A stretch of DNA of 64,000 nucleotides, taken from an uncultured Nitrososphaerales archaeon (lineage in GTDB: Archaea > Thermoproteota > Nitrososphaeria > Nitrososphaerales > Nitrososphaeraceae). The stretch is from positions 1 to 64,000 of the forward strand of contig CAWJCY010000011.1 of the NCBI GenBank assembly GCA_963841565.1. The letters are read 5' to 3'. The position numbers were made by a program, and so were the translations under genes. Shown here piece by piece: positions 19,824 through 30,954 of the stretch. Numbering within the stretch: the first letter of the stretch is position 1; the number at the start of each line of letters is the position of its first letter. Under the pieces are notes generated by a model that did no database searches, had not been told where the DNA came from, and saw only the letters and a list, made by a program, of their open reading frames with translations.

Positions 19824-21151
19824 TAATAATAATGTATAGTATGGGATGGTACACTTATGTTGAAAACCACCCCACGCATAATGTAACGTGGAGAGGGATA
19901 AGCGGGAGTTAGAAGGATACACTTATGTTGAAATCTACACCACGCATAATGTAACGTGGAGTGGGATAAGCGGGATTATTGAATTCCTCGAAGGGCTTGG
20001 TAACAAGTGTACCACTTGCAGGTACTGCAGAAGAAGAGGAAGATGAGGAGAAAGATGACGAAGATGAAGAACCTATTGGTTCTCGTCCTTCAAACACAAT
20101 CTTGTTGACAACTATGATTGTTCCCTGTGAAGTGGATGTTGTTGGCGTTGTTGGTGTTGTTGATGTTGTTGGTATCTTTGTCCCTCCTCCCGTAGGTGTG
20201 ACGCCACCAGTTCCTGTATTGCCAGCCTGTGTTCCCCCTGCACATGCACCTGTGTTTGTTTGGAATGACCCAGGCGGGCATTTCCCTCTGCTCCCTTAGG
20301 TACATTTGGACCGACACATACACCCACACTAGTTTTCACCAATCCACCTGGACAGTTTCCATCCGGTCCCGCGGGTACGCTTCCATCTGCCACTTTATCA
20401 GTAGTACCTATTGTCCCTCCGGGTGGTTGTGTTGTTTCTGGAGTGGTACCACCAGGTGATTGAGGTGTTGTACCTGGTGGGCAAAGCTGTATGAATCCTC
20501 CGCAGGGGTCTTTGGATGGAGTTGTTCCAGGTAGTACTTTAGTTGGATTTACCAAAACGTCAGAACCAACGCCACCGCCTCCTGAAAAGCAATGCGCAGG
20601 AATGGGTCTCAGAAAGAGACAGGATGCCTGTTTCGCATTTTCCAACTTCGTTTCTGCCTGTTCTTCTGTCAGACAACCTTCATCTACACCCCCATAACCA
20701 TTGTTAGAGGTATTGATAGTAAAATTTTGATTGTTGGGAGAACTACTCACGTCTCCATCTAGGTTTAGGCATTATGTGGCTCTTCTCATCTAATCTCGCG
20801 TATTTTTATGGAATGCTGGGTAAGCACAGAATCAATTCAATTTTCAAACTGGAATTTACTGTGAATAGAAGACCAAGGGATCCAAAAGTTTAATCATCAT
20901 CAATCAACAAGGAATGACGACTTTGGATCCCTCATCATTAGTCTTCAGGTCAAAGGAGTATTTCTTCCACAGAGTGGAATGCACACGGGCGGAATCGGTT
21001 CAGTAGATGAGGAGATCATTAGGATGGAGAGCATGGGCAGAATCCACGTCATATAGAATGACTAGAGCCGAAAACGGAATCAATACTATGCAGAATTCGT
21101 GAGGTGTTTCTTCAGTAAAAAGCAAGTGATTCTAATTTGTTCACCAAACAT
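19824..21151 (-). pseudogene. Frameshifted/decayed secreted Cys/Pro/Thr-rich surface protein
   Basis: Degraded signal (IVLIPFSALVILYDVDSAHA), Cys-pair repeats VPAGPDGNCPGGLVKTSVGVC / VPKGAEG(K)CPPGSFQTNTGAC across a frameshift, TTP and poly-Ser linkers, and a duplicated C-terminal motif. Confidence 0.6.
19850..19976 (+). repeat. 68-bp-period direct repeat (2 copies)
   Basis: TACACTTATGTTGAAA..CCACGCATAATGTAACGTGGAG.GGGATAAGCGGGA at 19850 and 19918; encodes PAYP[TS]PRYIMRGVxFNISV twice on the minus strand. Confidence 0.85.
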
Positions 21152-21635
21152 TGTAGAGGACTAATTCGAACAGTAATTTGATCATCGATACTAATCATAA
21201 TTTCAAAATTACTTCAATTAGCAGAAAATTGAACTACTAGTTCGGATTCAAGTGACTACGCCTGTATCCCTTGAGCCTGTTTGCATCTTGACCATAGGTT
21301 AGATACCAATTATCATTGGGGAATCTATTGACTGTTACGGTGTATCGATTAATTCATCACTACTACTGCCCGGGCTCGCGAAAATAGTGAACTTCGCTAC
21401 TTCATGTCCAGTTTAAACATGTGACCGCTAGATTCCTTCGAAATAGAATTTGACCATACGGGATACTGTACAGTACCGAGGTGTGAAAATTAAGTCAACA
21501 CCCTTGGAGATATCATGCAAATTATGCGCTCATGCACACAGGTAATGTCGGCTTTCTGTGTTTTGTCAATCTTAAGGGAATGCCTCATCAGTCAATTTAC
21601 TTACTGGTTCTCCTGAAGGTAGTGGAGCATTTCTA

Positions 21636-22133
21636 TCAAGCTCGGTACTTGAATATGTCAGGAAAATTTATGTCCAAAATCACATTTCTACCAACCGCTA
21701 TTATGTGGGACTTTGGTATGTCAAATCTTTGGTTTGAATACCCAAATACAACTATCTTGTCATTTGTTTCCTTCATAACATGTCCCACATCATCTTCATT
21801 ATTTGCTCTGACTCCTTTATTGAACAATGACATTGGATACTTTCCTTCATAAGTTCCAAGATCTACGACTTTATCGTCATCTGGCCACGGGTCTTTTCTG
21901 CTAGTGGGTAAGGGTACCTTTCGGCTAACGGTATATTTCTTGATTATATCGGCAAATGGGAGACCGATAAGAACGTTTCCGCCCACCTGCTCTATTTCCT
22001 TGATTGGGATATCATATCTTTCTTGTTTCCCCCCAAATACCACTATTGTATCAGGTGTTTCTCTAACAACATGCCCTATGTGGGGAGCGTCTAACGCCTT
22101 CACACCCTTATTGAAATATTTGCCCGATGTCAA
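21636..22133 (-). CDS. Internal two-repeat protein (possibly PRC-barrel-like); C-terminus probably frameshifted
   Basis: FNKGV.A.....GHV..ET.D.IVVFG....R.DIP...I..VG.NV occurs twice. An alternate frame continues ELDRNAPLPSGEP. Confidence 0.7.
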   Translation of the reverse strand: MTSGKYFNKGVKALDAPHIGHVVRETPDTIVVFGGKQERYDIPIKEIEQVGGNVLIGLPFADIIKKYTVSRKVPLPTSRKDPWPDDDKVVDLGTYEGKYPMSLFNKGVRANNEDDVGHVMKETNDKIVVFGYSNQRFDIPKSHIIAVGRNVILDINFPDIFKYRA

Positions 22134-22322
22134 ACTTAGTAATATTCATCACCCTCGGTTTTAAATAGTTGCCTAGGCATTCGATAGTTCCCAGATATCC
22201 ATTATTCTAGGTTAAAAAATATTCAATGCTAGATGTAAATTCACTGTACTAAATCTCATCTTCCAATAATTTTAGGGTCCTATGACAAAAATCATTTTAA
22301 GTATGAGACCACCAATAACACG

Positions 22323-22796
22323 TTGCACTTGAGCCTAGATCAAGGGATAGATACATCCACACCAGCAGAAGACGATCGCTTCGATAATATTCGAAGTGGC
22401 GGGGTGACCAAATCAGGCCAATCAAATAAAATCCTCGTGGTAGATGATGAACAAGATATAGTCTTTACGTTGAAGACGATTTTGACTGAAGCTGGGTTCT
22501 TAGTAGACGCCTTCACAAATCCTTCTGTTGCGTTCGAAATGTTTATTCCTGAAAAGTATGAGTTAATCATCTTGGACATTAGAATGCCAGGTCTTAACGG
22601 ATTTGAATTGTACATGAAATTGTTGGAACTGGATAGTTCTATCAAAGTATTATTTTTAACAGCTGTTAACGAATTCTCAACGTACTCTAAATTCAAGAGT
22701 AGCGTATCTCCTATGTCAGGCAAGAGATATTATTTGCAAAAACCGGTAGACTTTACGAAATTATTGCAACGCGTTGACGACATGTTAAGTCTTTGA
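22323..22796 (+). CDS. Single-domain response regulator (REC)
   Basis: ILVVDDE, LIILDIRMPGLNGFEL, FLTA, QKP. Confidence 0.92.
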   Translation: MHLSLDQGIDTSTPAEDDRFDNIRSGGVTKSGQSNKILVVDDEQDIVFTLKTILTEAGFLVDAFTNPSVAFEMFIPEKYELIILDIRMPGLNGFELYMKLLELDSSIKVLFLTAVNEFSTYSKFKSSVSPMSGKRYYLQKPVDFTKLLQRVDDMLSL

Positions 22797-22959
22797 AAAA
22801 TTACATTTTGCGTTGTCTTGATTGGTTTTATTTGTAAGCAATCCGTTTCAGAGGCATCTATTTTCGCAACGGCCAGAGAATATGATGATAGTGTTAGTGG
22901 TATCGGTGGTGGTGGTGGTAGAGGAAAGATTCATCTACGACTGCGCGTATATTTAGAGC

Positions 22960-23322
22960 ATGAAAGTAAATACGACGGTTCAACGAGAAGTTGATAAAGC
23001 AGACAACCACTCGCTAACTGCAAAACCCCTCACGCTAAAAGATATTTCACCAAAATGGTTCGATAGGCTATTCGGTAAAGAAAAGACGCTTCCGTTCCCG
23101 TTATCTCCGGTTTGGTTTAAGTGGTATTTCGAATTGGATTCCCCCGCAAAATGCATTATAGGTGAAGCACACGGTTACTCTAATTCATACGAAGAGACGT
23201 GTAAAGAATGCGATCGATTGGGATGGAGCTTTGGTAAATCCTTCTTTCTGCGATCCCGCACAAGACTAGAGGACGACGTCAACGAATTCGTTCATCATTG
23301 GAACACAAAGCACTTGAGATGA
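22960..23322 (+). CDS. Hypothetical protein with Cys/His motif
   Basis: KCIIGEAHG...CKEC...FVHHWNTKH. Confidence 0.7.
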   Translation: MKVNTTVQREVDKADNHSLTAKPLTLKDISPKWFDRLFGKEKTLPFPLSPVWFKWYFELDSPAKCIIGEAHGYSNSYEETCKECDRLGWSFGKSFFLRSRTRLEDDVNEFVHHWNTKHLR

Positions 23323-23463
23323 CTTTTCACGCATAGGAACCTGTGGAACACACATCATTTTCCCTTAAACCGGTCTTATTTCAAGAATTGGACCTGACAA
23401 GATATACAGGAAAATTTCTTTCGCAATCGGTAAGTTTGCTCGCGCAATTACTTGAATAGTGTT

Positions 23464-23898
23464 TCAGCTAGGGAGGTGGTCTCTTATGCCCACGTGATTG
23501 GGACAATAGTTAAGAGATTTACCGATCCCATATCCTATGTATTCATTGGTTGTTGCCTCTATTGAATAGCCCTGGGAAACTAATGTCTCGATACAGCTTT
23601 CTTGTTCTTGCTTTTTCTCCAAGGATAAGGAAATCGCTGTGCTCCCCCCTTCATTTGTCGTATTTGCTATAGTACAAATTGAGGGAGTTTTCAACTCGAC
23701 CAATGCATTAGGTATAGATTCCATTGTTTTATTATCCCATACCAAAATTAATACAAAGTAAGTACAATTATTTAACTGACTTTTTGCCTGAATGTTATGC
23801 TCAATAGTCAATCCTTGCTCAGCGTGTGCTAACGGGAACAAATCAGCACTTAAGTCGAAACTAGCCAATATTAGAACAAGAATATAATGGGTACTCAC
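23464..23898 (-). CDS. Hypothetical secreted protein
   Basis: Hydrophobic N-terminus with AHA|E. Confidence 0.5.
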   Translation of the reverse strand: MSTHYILVLILASFDLSADLFPLAHAEQGLTIEHNIQAKSQLNNCTYFVLILVWDNKTMESIPNALVELKTPSICTIANTTNEGGSTAISLSLEKKQEQESCIETLVSQGYSIEATTNEYIGYGIGKSLNYCPNHVGIRDHLPS

Positions 23899-24376
23899 TA
23901 TGACGAAAATCTCTACAGTTAAATTTCTCCATTGGATTTAAGCATACATTTAACTCAATACTACCACTAGCCGGAATCCTTAATAAAATTTGAAATATGT
24001 GAGAATTAGAAAAAATGAAACTTAACCAAAATCGATAATTTTTTCCAACCTATACATTTTCTTAATGATGATTCCACGCATTGGTAAGGATGATTATTCA
24101 TAATCTGAATGGTACCATTTTCAGCTCACATCGAACTAGTCAATTACAAACTCAATCGATGAAAGAATCATCATAGCCACAATGTAGGGCAGAAACAAGC
24201 AATTGTGACATGAACTCTATTAGAACTAAAATACAGATACGCACGTCGCAGTACAAATGTCCTTCGTCTCAAAGTAACTAAAGAATTGCTTATTTTGTCT
24301 ATCCTCAAGTTTCACTATGGGCAAATAGTGGGAATTAGGTAAAAGTTATCAGTATGCATATGATAGGTATATTGTC

Positions 24377-24523
24377 ATGTTTGCGAAGGCTCGATGCAGA
24401 ATATGCAATGATCAGGTAAGGTTTGCATTGCGACATCTGAGGACCAAACATCCAGAAGTTTTGAGCGATAAGGACGTAGCTAGGCTTAATATGCATCAGA
24501 TCATGAAAAGATTCTTCGTTTAG
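24377..24523 (+). CDS. 48-aa C2H2-like zinc-finger protein (not in ORF track)
   Basis: MFAKARCRICNDQVRFALRHLRTKHPEVLSDKDVARLNMHQIMKRFFV*. Confidence 0.65.
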   Translation: MFAKARCRICNDQVRFALRHLRTKHPEVLSDKDVARLNMHQIMKRFFV

Positions 24524-25031
24524 CGCAGCCATTGGTGTATGTCTTAAACCAGAGTCGAGAAAATATGGTACATATGTATATTCAGCTAATCAGATTTTGA
24601 TGGTTATTCATGACTAACATTGGAGATTGTTACTTGTCATCTACTACATGATGATTCATTTCACAATTCTTATCGTTCCCGCGAAAATATCGTTAGAATA
24701 ACTTAGAAATATCTGAGACTTTCCTTCTTACGAATTAAGTATCAAGTCAATTTGCATTTTTTCCAAAACGGAAAGCATGTAAATATTACAGGAATCCATT
24801 GCTCCCCGAACCAGGAGCATTACATTCACACCTGTTGTAGTAATATAATTGTAGACTAGTCATTTTCTACTGGCAGATTATTGGATAAAGAGACGGCTAC
24901 TCCAATTTCAACTCTTGACATCACAGAGTGTTTCCGATGTTGTCTGTCCATGGATAGATCATTCTTTCTTCCTATTTTTTAAAATAGCCCTTGCCATCTG
25001 GATCCGGTGATATTCATGTATTTTTAGACCT

Positions 25032-25340
25032 CTAATAATCATCATAATCAGTTCTAGTTGCCCGCTCCTTCTCTTGCACCTTTTTGAAATACTTAATATC
25101 GTCCTCCAACTCCTTGGTCGGGTTAAAGGTGTATTTTTCCGACCGATTCTTATCATATTCTTCCATCATTCTGTCTACAAGATGTACTCTCCATGCCTTG
25201 TAGAACATTATAGCCTGCGACTCTTTAAGTTCAGGGACGGGTATGAAGTGAGACGCTTCTAATTTTCCGTCGTTGATTTCCTTTTCGATAAATTGGATGC
25301 ACTTTGACACCATCATGGTATCTATTTCTCTCCATTCCAT
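25032..25340 (-). CDS. Hypothetical protein
   Basis: 102-aa ATG ORF, charged and helical. Confidence 0.55.
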   Translation of the reverse strand: MEWREIDTMMVSKCIQFIEKEINDGKLEASHFIPVPELKESQAIMFYKAWRVHLVDRMMEEYDKNRSEKYTFNPTKELEDDIKYFKKVQEKERATRTDYDDY

Positions 25341-25871
25341 TTCATTATCTTTCCTTTCTCTAAAACTACCTGTAACCCCGTATTAATCTATGGACGTTGC
25401 ATTGTCGGAGGGAAACTACTTAAAATGTGCGGTGTCAAAACACAGCATCACAAATACAAAGCGAAGACAATAGAGCCGCAATTGCTGGCGCACAAGGCTC
25501 CATCGAAGAGAACGGTATAGGCCAGCAAGCCTCATTGGAAGAATAAAGACCTCACAGCAGCTAAGCAACAAAAGCTAAAGTAACAAATGTTTTAGCTGAA
25601 CTATGATTTTTTATATTATGTTTTCACTACTTGTAGTATAAAGGTTTGTTATATATGGTTATGAGGAAATCGTGTTTAAAACTTTAGCAAATCAGTCAAT
25701 AGTCTATAAGGCAATCAAACCCGACGCCAATCGTTAGACTACAAAATTCTACTAATGTTTGTCATATGAAAGGATGAAATTTGAGATCAAAATGGTGTAT
25801 AAGGAATCGAAGCCAATCGTTAGACTAGCAAAGATTCCCGTGGCTCTACATGGCGTCCTTATTCTGAATTA

Positions 25872-26303
25872 TTAAACCTTGTTCCTATCAACAAACTTGA
25901 CCGCTCGATCTACAACTGTAGCGTTACTGAGTAAGTCAATACGCATAGCACAACACTCTTTAATCAGTGTCCTTGATTGCATTAACTCCCTGTTATCTTC
26001 GGTCTCCATATTCCACATTTCCTTGACAATCATGTTCAAAGCATCCAAACAATGCTGAAACTCTGCAGGTAAATACTCATCCATATAATGCTTGATGTTA
26101 TGTTTTGCTTCTTGTCTCATATACTTTAGATCCTTGTTAACTTGTGCTAATGCGACCAGCAACTCCGTTGATACTTCTCTTTGAGTATATCCTTCGATAG
26201 TTGACTCTTTAACCTTGTCACGACGCCACCTTAAACTCTGTTCGCTTATGCTTCTCAAATGTTCGGTAAAGGATATAGTGCGTTTCAGCCTTACAAGTTT
26301 CAA
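25872..26303 (-). CDS. HTH-containing protein of a type often found near thaumarchaeal integrases
   Basis: WRRDKV....EGYTQREVSTEL.V....VNKDLKYMRQ, followed by a helical domain. Confidence 0.65.
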   Translation of the reverse strand: MKLVRLKRTISFTEHLRSISEQSLRWRRDKVKESTIEGYTQREVSTELLVALAQVNKDLKYMRQEAKHNIKHYMDEYLPAEFQHCLDALNMIVKEMWNMETEDNRELMQSRTLIKECCAMRIDLLSNATVVDRAVKFVDRNKV

Positions 26304-26413
26304 GGTCTATCTATCCTACTGGCTATAATTGCGACTGCAACAGTTATTCTAAAGACTAGACTCTAGTATCTGGTTGCTTTCCGTTTGTTGTAGAGATCAT
26401 ATCTTTAGACAAA

Positions 26414-27073
26414 TTACATTCCTCCAGCTCTAGTTAATAATTTGAAAGCAATATTTGGTCCCATTTGTCGGCTATATGCAAGTTGAATCCACAGTAAGGC
26501 CATATACTCTAATACCCGTGCGTTGATAAGAGGACCCGCATCTACAGTATCGAAACCAATCTCTGTAGCCAGTTTTTTGACCACAGTTTTTGACTTGAAA
26601 TCATCCCCACAGATAAAGGCGTCGGCTCTGACTAAACCAAATTGTAAATTATCTAATGTTTTTGCGCCTATAGAATTAAAAGCCTTAACAACCTTGGAAC
26701 CTTTGGCCCATTTTGCAATCTCTTCAGCAGCAGATGTTGAGGATTCAATAATTAAACCCGTGAGGTCAGCGTTAATCGGATTTGTGGGGTCTATCAAAAT
26801 CTTTCCAGAGAGATCCCCTGCACTTTTGATTGTTTCTTCCACAGCTATCCACGGTATTGCAAGAACTATTACGTCTGCAAAAGAGGCTGCCTCACCAATG
26901 GTTCCAACCTTAACACTGGAGTTTATGGATCTAATTAGATTCAGAACGTTGTGACTCTGAAGATTTCTAACACCAAACATTAAATGATGCCCTTTCTTAA
27001 CCCATATTCTTCCTAATGTGCCTCCTACATCTCCTGCTCCAATAATAGAAATTTCCATATCTCTATATTGCAC
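26414..27073 (-). CDS. NADPH-dependent F420 reductase family (F420H2:NADP+ oxidoreductase-like)
   Basis: IIGAGDVG, IVLAIP, ILIDPTNP, VVKAFN, CGDD, DAGPL.NAR.LE. Confidence 0.9.
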   Translation of the reverse strand: MQYRDMEISIIGAGDVGGTLGRIWVKKGHHLMFGVRNLQSHNVLNLIRSINSSVKVGTIGEAASFADVIVLAIPWIAVEETIKSAGDLSGKILIDPTNPINADLTGLIIESSTSAAEEIAKWAKGSKVVKAFNSIGAKTLDNLQFGLVRADAFICGDDFKSKTVVKKLATEIGFDTVDAGPLINARVLEYMALLWIQLAYSRQMGPNIAFKLLTRAGGM

Positions 27074-27401
27074 TTCTATTATTTCAGTTCTTATACATTA
27101 ATTATTTCAAAATATTTTCAGGTTTAACTGTAATCAAAAGGAAAGCACAAATAGATTGCTTATAACATAGTTTTCTTATCTACGGGTTCAAAAGAACTCT
27201 CAATTATAGAAACCTTTCTAAGGCACTAAAACAATAATATCCTAAGACAATTTAAATGGATATGTCTAGTACATGCTGTAGTTGCGGTAAAAAGATTCAA
27301 GATTATCCAATATATTGTTATATGTGTGACGATTACTTTTGTTCAGACCAGTGTCATATAAACAAACATAATAAACAGTGGCAAAAATTTTGATAGATAG
27401 C

Positions 27402-28478
27402 TTAAGGAAGTTCTTCCTTTAACTCACCTAGTTCGGCAAGATAATCACTCTGAGTCTTCCTTAGTTCTGCATTCTCCTGCTTTAGTCTCTGAGTAGGGTC
27501 TATTGTGAGGAATGGGATTGCTTTAACGTATTCAGTAAGCCTATCTTCCTCAGTTGTCCCATCATAATGGATATCCAGGCCCCTAGAGTGTTTGTGACCC
27601 ACAAGATATTCTCGATCATTGAAGTCAAGATGTGCATGCTTCATCTGGGTAATTGCGAACTTTCTAAGGCCATGGGAACGCATGACATCTGCAGATATGA
27701 CCTCTGACCTCTTGAGGATTCTATACATGAGAGTTTCAAGTCCGCTTTCTTTCATAGGAAGGGGTTTGGCTGCAGCATATCTAGCAGTCATATCAAATGT
27801 CTCCCTGATTAATGGAGAATCTTTCTGTATAGCCTCGCCATAAACCTCTCTGAATGAATACAAGTACTCATCTATTGCATTCTTGCATTCTGGGGTACAA
27901 AACGTATAATGGGAATCCTTAGTTCTAGCATAAACTTGAATCTTGTAAATGTCCTTTCGTTGGGTCATAGTACCTGAGGTCTCCAACTCTTAGACCAGGC
28001 AACGCCCCAATACGCATTCCTGTAGAGCCATTAGTAATATTATGACTCTGCCTCTTTCATCACACTTGGAAAGAATCTGTTCTATTTCTTCATGAGTGTA
28101 GTGTCTATCCTCTGTTTTTTCTTCGTCTTGAGGAATAGACCGGTTGATTTTCTTTGTGTTTAATCTGACATCATTCCACTCAAAGAAATGCAATATTGCA
28201 GCAACTTCATGATGGATGGTTGAATGTCTATGGTGTCTTTCGTTGGAAAGGTACTTTATCCACTGGATAATCATAGCCTCTAAAACCCTGGGCTCCTTGC
28301 TGGCTTTAGATAGAAGGGAGTCCTCTGTTATTCCGTCAAAGTGTTCAACAAAGCATCTAAAATGATAAGCATACTTCTTTCAGGTCTGATATGATGCAAT
28401 GCCGTCTGTCACTGCATAAATGACTCGATTATCCTCTTCATTTGCTTTTACTGCCGGCGCCTCAGATGTCTCAGCCAT
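27402..28478 (-). pseudogene. Tyrosine recombinase/integrase with a nonsense codon and two frameshifts
   Basis: ATG 28478, in-frame TGA near 28381, then GMRIGALPGLRVGDL (R), HGLRK (HxxR) and VGH..GLDIHY (H, Y) spread over three frame segments. Confidence 0.88.
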
Positions 28479-28784
28479 CAGAAAACTAATATGAATTGGA
28501 CACTAAATAAGTGTCATTATCGCATTGGATATGTCAGTTTCCTGTTCATCTTGTGGTAGGAAATACAAGATTATCCAGTGTTCTGTTACCTGTGCGATGA
28601 CTACATTTGCTCTGAAAAATGCCACGAGGACACTCACAAGGTTCAGTGGAAAAAGCATTAGTTGGTTGAAATGGAGAGCAGAGCGAGAGGATCTATTTCA
28701 TGTGAGGCGATGGAATTGAAAATCACAACTGACAAACAAGTGGAAGCTAAACATGGTTGGATTCAAACCTATAGAAAAAGATAG

Positions 28785-29183
28785 GTGAAAGATTTTAATT
28801 CATCGATAATGCATCATATCGGCATGTCCTACCCTGAGAATTCAAACGCAGACAAATCCTCCAAGCTTAGTGATGGTCAGCGTAAAAGACCATCGAGACA
28901 GGAATTGAGAGAACAGAAGATTATTCAAAATCAGGAAAGATTGACCCATTCTACCGAAACATTGGAGACTATCAAAAAGGATATTCAGATCCCTAAAAGA
29001 ATTAAAAGATTGATAACTGAAGCAAACTTAATGCTAAAGGATGAAAATAATGGCAGCATGTCGGTTCGTGCTGCTAACGCTATAAGTATAATGGAAGAGC
29101 TGACATATAGTAGACATGTGCAATCGCATATCCGGACGAAGATTTGGGATGTTGTATCTTCACTTGAGGCCATAAGAGAATAG
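28785..29183 (+). CDS. UPF0147 family protein
   Basis: IPKRIKR...SVRAANAISIMEE......HIRTKIWDVVSSLEAIRE. Confidence 0.85.
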   Translation: MKDFNSSIMHHIGMSYPENSNADKSSKLSDGQRKRPSRQELREQKIIQNQERLTHSTETLETIKKDIQIPKRIKRLITEANLMLKDENNGSMSVRAANAISIMEELTYSRHVQSHIRTKIWDVVSSLEAIRE

Positions 29184-29427
29184 CATGATGAATAAGTAGG
29201 CGAAATATTGCATTTTATCTGGATCTCCGATGTCGTTAATCAATCTTTTCTACCGCAAGCATGCACTTGTTCCTTCTTATTTATATCCGTAAAGATTCTT
29301 CTTTATGCGATAAGTGAAAGCTCAACAAAATATGGTATTCAAGACGATCATCACTATGAGTAATTGAAATAAGCCCTTTCACAGTACTATCAGAATCTTA
29401 TAATAGTTCATCTTCTTGTGAGATAGG

Positions 29428-30906
29428 ATGAACTTCGAACAATGGTGTAGGTTAGATGAGATGCTCTATGTCTGCCAAACTGATGAGGAGTGCAAGCAAT
29501 ATGCAGGACTTTATCATGACGAAGGACTCATAGTACAGCTAGCAGAAATGAGGCGATTAAATTCGAACAAGTATCTTGAGTTATTTCCGAACAGAGATGA
29601 GTCATTATTTCTTGGCGCCGTCGAAGATATCGCCAACTCTAAAACAATAACCCAAGAACTTGAAATCCATCGCTTGAGAAATACAGATATTGTTTCAAGA
29701 AAGCACATGTTCCACGGAGTTCCCGTAAATTGGAGCAATTGGAGACAGTTTAACAGCCACGAAAAGGAGGATTCCAAGAGAAAAGAGGTTTTTGACGAAT
29801 TCATTGAGAAAACAGAAAAGATATCGCCAATAGTTGAATCTAGGTTTTCAATGATTAATCAAACATATGCTGAATATTCAGGGGTAGCTGAATCAAATCT
29901 TGGATACAGCATTACTCCAGTCTCAGCTTATATGACTAACGAGAATTTCAAACGTAATTCCCTCCTTGAGTTTGTAAAATCATTAGGCGAAAAAGCAAAG
30001 ATTCCTTTTCGCAAAGCTTTGCAAGATACGAGCAAGGAACTGTTGAATAGGGATCCAGAATATTACGACGATTTTTATTTTTTTAGAAACCGAATCTATT
30101 CTGATATCGAAGAAGCCTTCGCGTACCTGGATCCTGTAGATGAGGTTAAGAGGACACTGAAATCAATGAATTTTGAACTGTCTAATATTCAATTTGATAC
30201 TGAAAGCAGAAAAGACAAATACCCGTCTCCCATCTGCTTCTTTGTAGAGATTCCTTCTGACGTACGTGTACTTTACAAAAGGGAAAGTCCCTACTTTGAT
30301 TTTCAAGGCTGTTTGCACGAAACAGGGCATGCGATCCATGCCACTTCAATTGACAGCGGCTGCAGTTACTCTGAGAAGTATCGAATTTCCATGGGCGTAG
30401 CTGAGATATTTTCTATGTTCTTCGAGAGGTTATCTAGGAATCCAACTTACCTCGATTCTCTTCGCTCTAAGGTTAAAGGTGACATCCTAATCGACCGGAT
30501 AATCGCCAAGAACAATTTCATGGACCTCTTCTTCATCACGTTCTACACTGCGAATACCTTAATGAAGACCGAATATTGGGAGAAGAGCCTGAATAACGAT
30601 GGGGCGTCTGAACTTTATTCTAGGCTGATCCGGGAATATTTGGGGTTTGACATGCCCGGTGAATATTGGCTCTTGCATCACATCTTACCTGAGGCTATAA
30701 TGTATGTCCCAAGTTATCTTGTTGCTGCTGTGAGAGCTTTTGAACTTGAGAGATATATCATGGCTAAATTCGGTGAGAAATGGTGGAAGGAAAAAGAAGC
30801 TGGAGAGGGGCTTAGAAAAATAATGAACCCAGGTGCGAAATTAGATATAACAATTTTTTCTCGTCTTGACACTGTAGGTTATCTGAAAGAACTAAGTGCT
30901 GCATAA
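29428..30906 (+). CDS. Gluzincin metallopeptidase (M3/M32-like)
   Basis: LHETGHAIH with downstream AEIFSMFFE, and YVPSY. Confidence 0.8.
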   Translation: MNFEQWCRLDEMLYVCQTDEECKQYAGLYHDEGLIVQLAEMRRLNSNKYLELFPNRDESLFLGAVEDIANSKTITQELEIHRLRNTDIVSRKHMFHGVPVNWSNWRQFNSHEKEDSKRKEVFDEFIEKTEKISPIVESRFSMINQTYAEYSGVAESNLGYSITPVSAYMTNENFKRNSLLEFVKSLGEKAKIPFRKALQDTSKELLNRDPEYYDDFYFFRNRIYSDIEEAFAYLDPVDEVKRTLKSMNFELSNIQFDTESRKDKYPSPICFFVEIPSDVRVLYKRESPYFDFQGCLHETGHAIHATSIDSGCSYSEKYRISMGVAEIFSMFFERLSRNPTYLDSLRSKVKGDILIDRIIAKNNFMDLFFITFYTANTLMKTEYWEKSLNNDGASELYSRLIREYLGFDMPGEYWLLHHILPEAIMYVPSYLVAAVRAFELERYIMAKFGEKWWKEKEAGEGLRKIMNPGAKLDITIFSRLDTVGYLKELSAA

Positions 30907-30954
30907 TGAATTCACCAGCCCAAGGAAGTAGTTACCTCTCCCAAAAATTTTAAG

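Larger units (their letters stand above)
24950..28478. mobile_element. Decayed integrative element remnant (boundaries approximate)
   Basis: Tyrosine integrase pseudogene plus an HTH gene and small hypothetical genes. No att site or tRNA was found. Confidence 0.45.

Noticed and set aside
19850-19976. Mini-CRISPR or structured RNA
   Set aside because: Only two long copies with a ~10-bp gap; better explained as a duplicated protein motif.
19979-20697. Several plus-strand ORFs
   Set aside because: They are antisense to the frameshifted surface protein.
28380-28382. Selenocysteine or readthrough at the integrase TGA (and at the precursor2 TAA)
   Set aside because: Additional frameshifts in the same loci point to decay, and no recoding signal was seen.
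28480-28780. tRNA or att site beside the integrase
   Set aside because: No cloverleaf or matching direct repeat could be recognised by eye.
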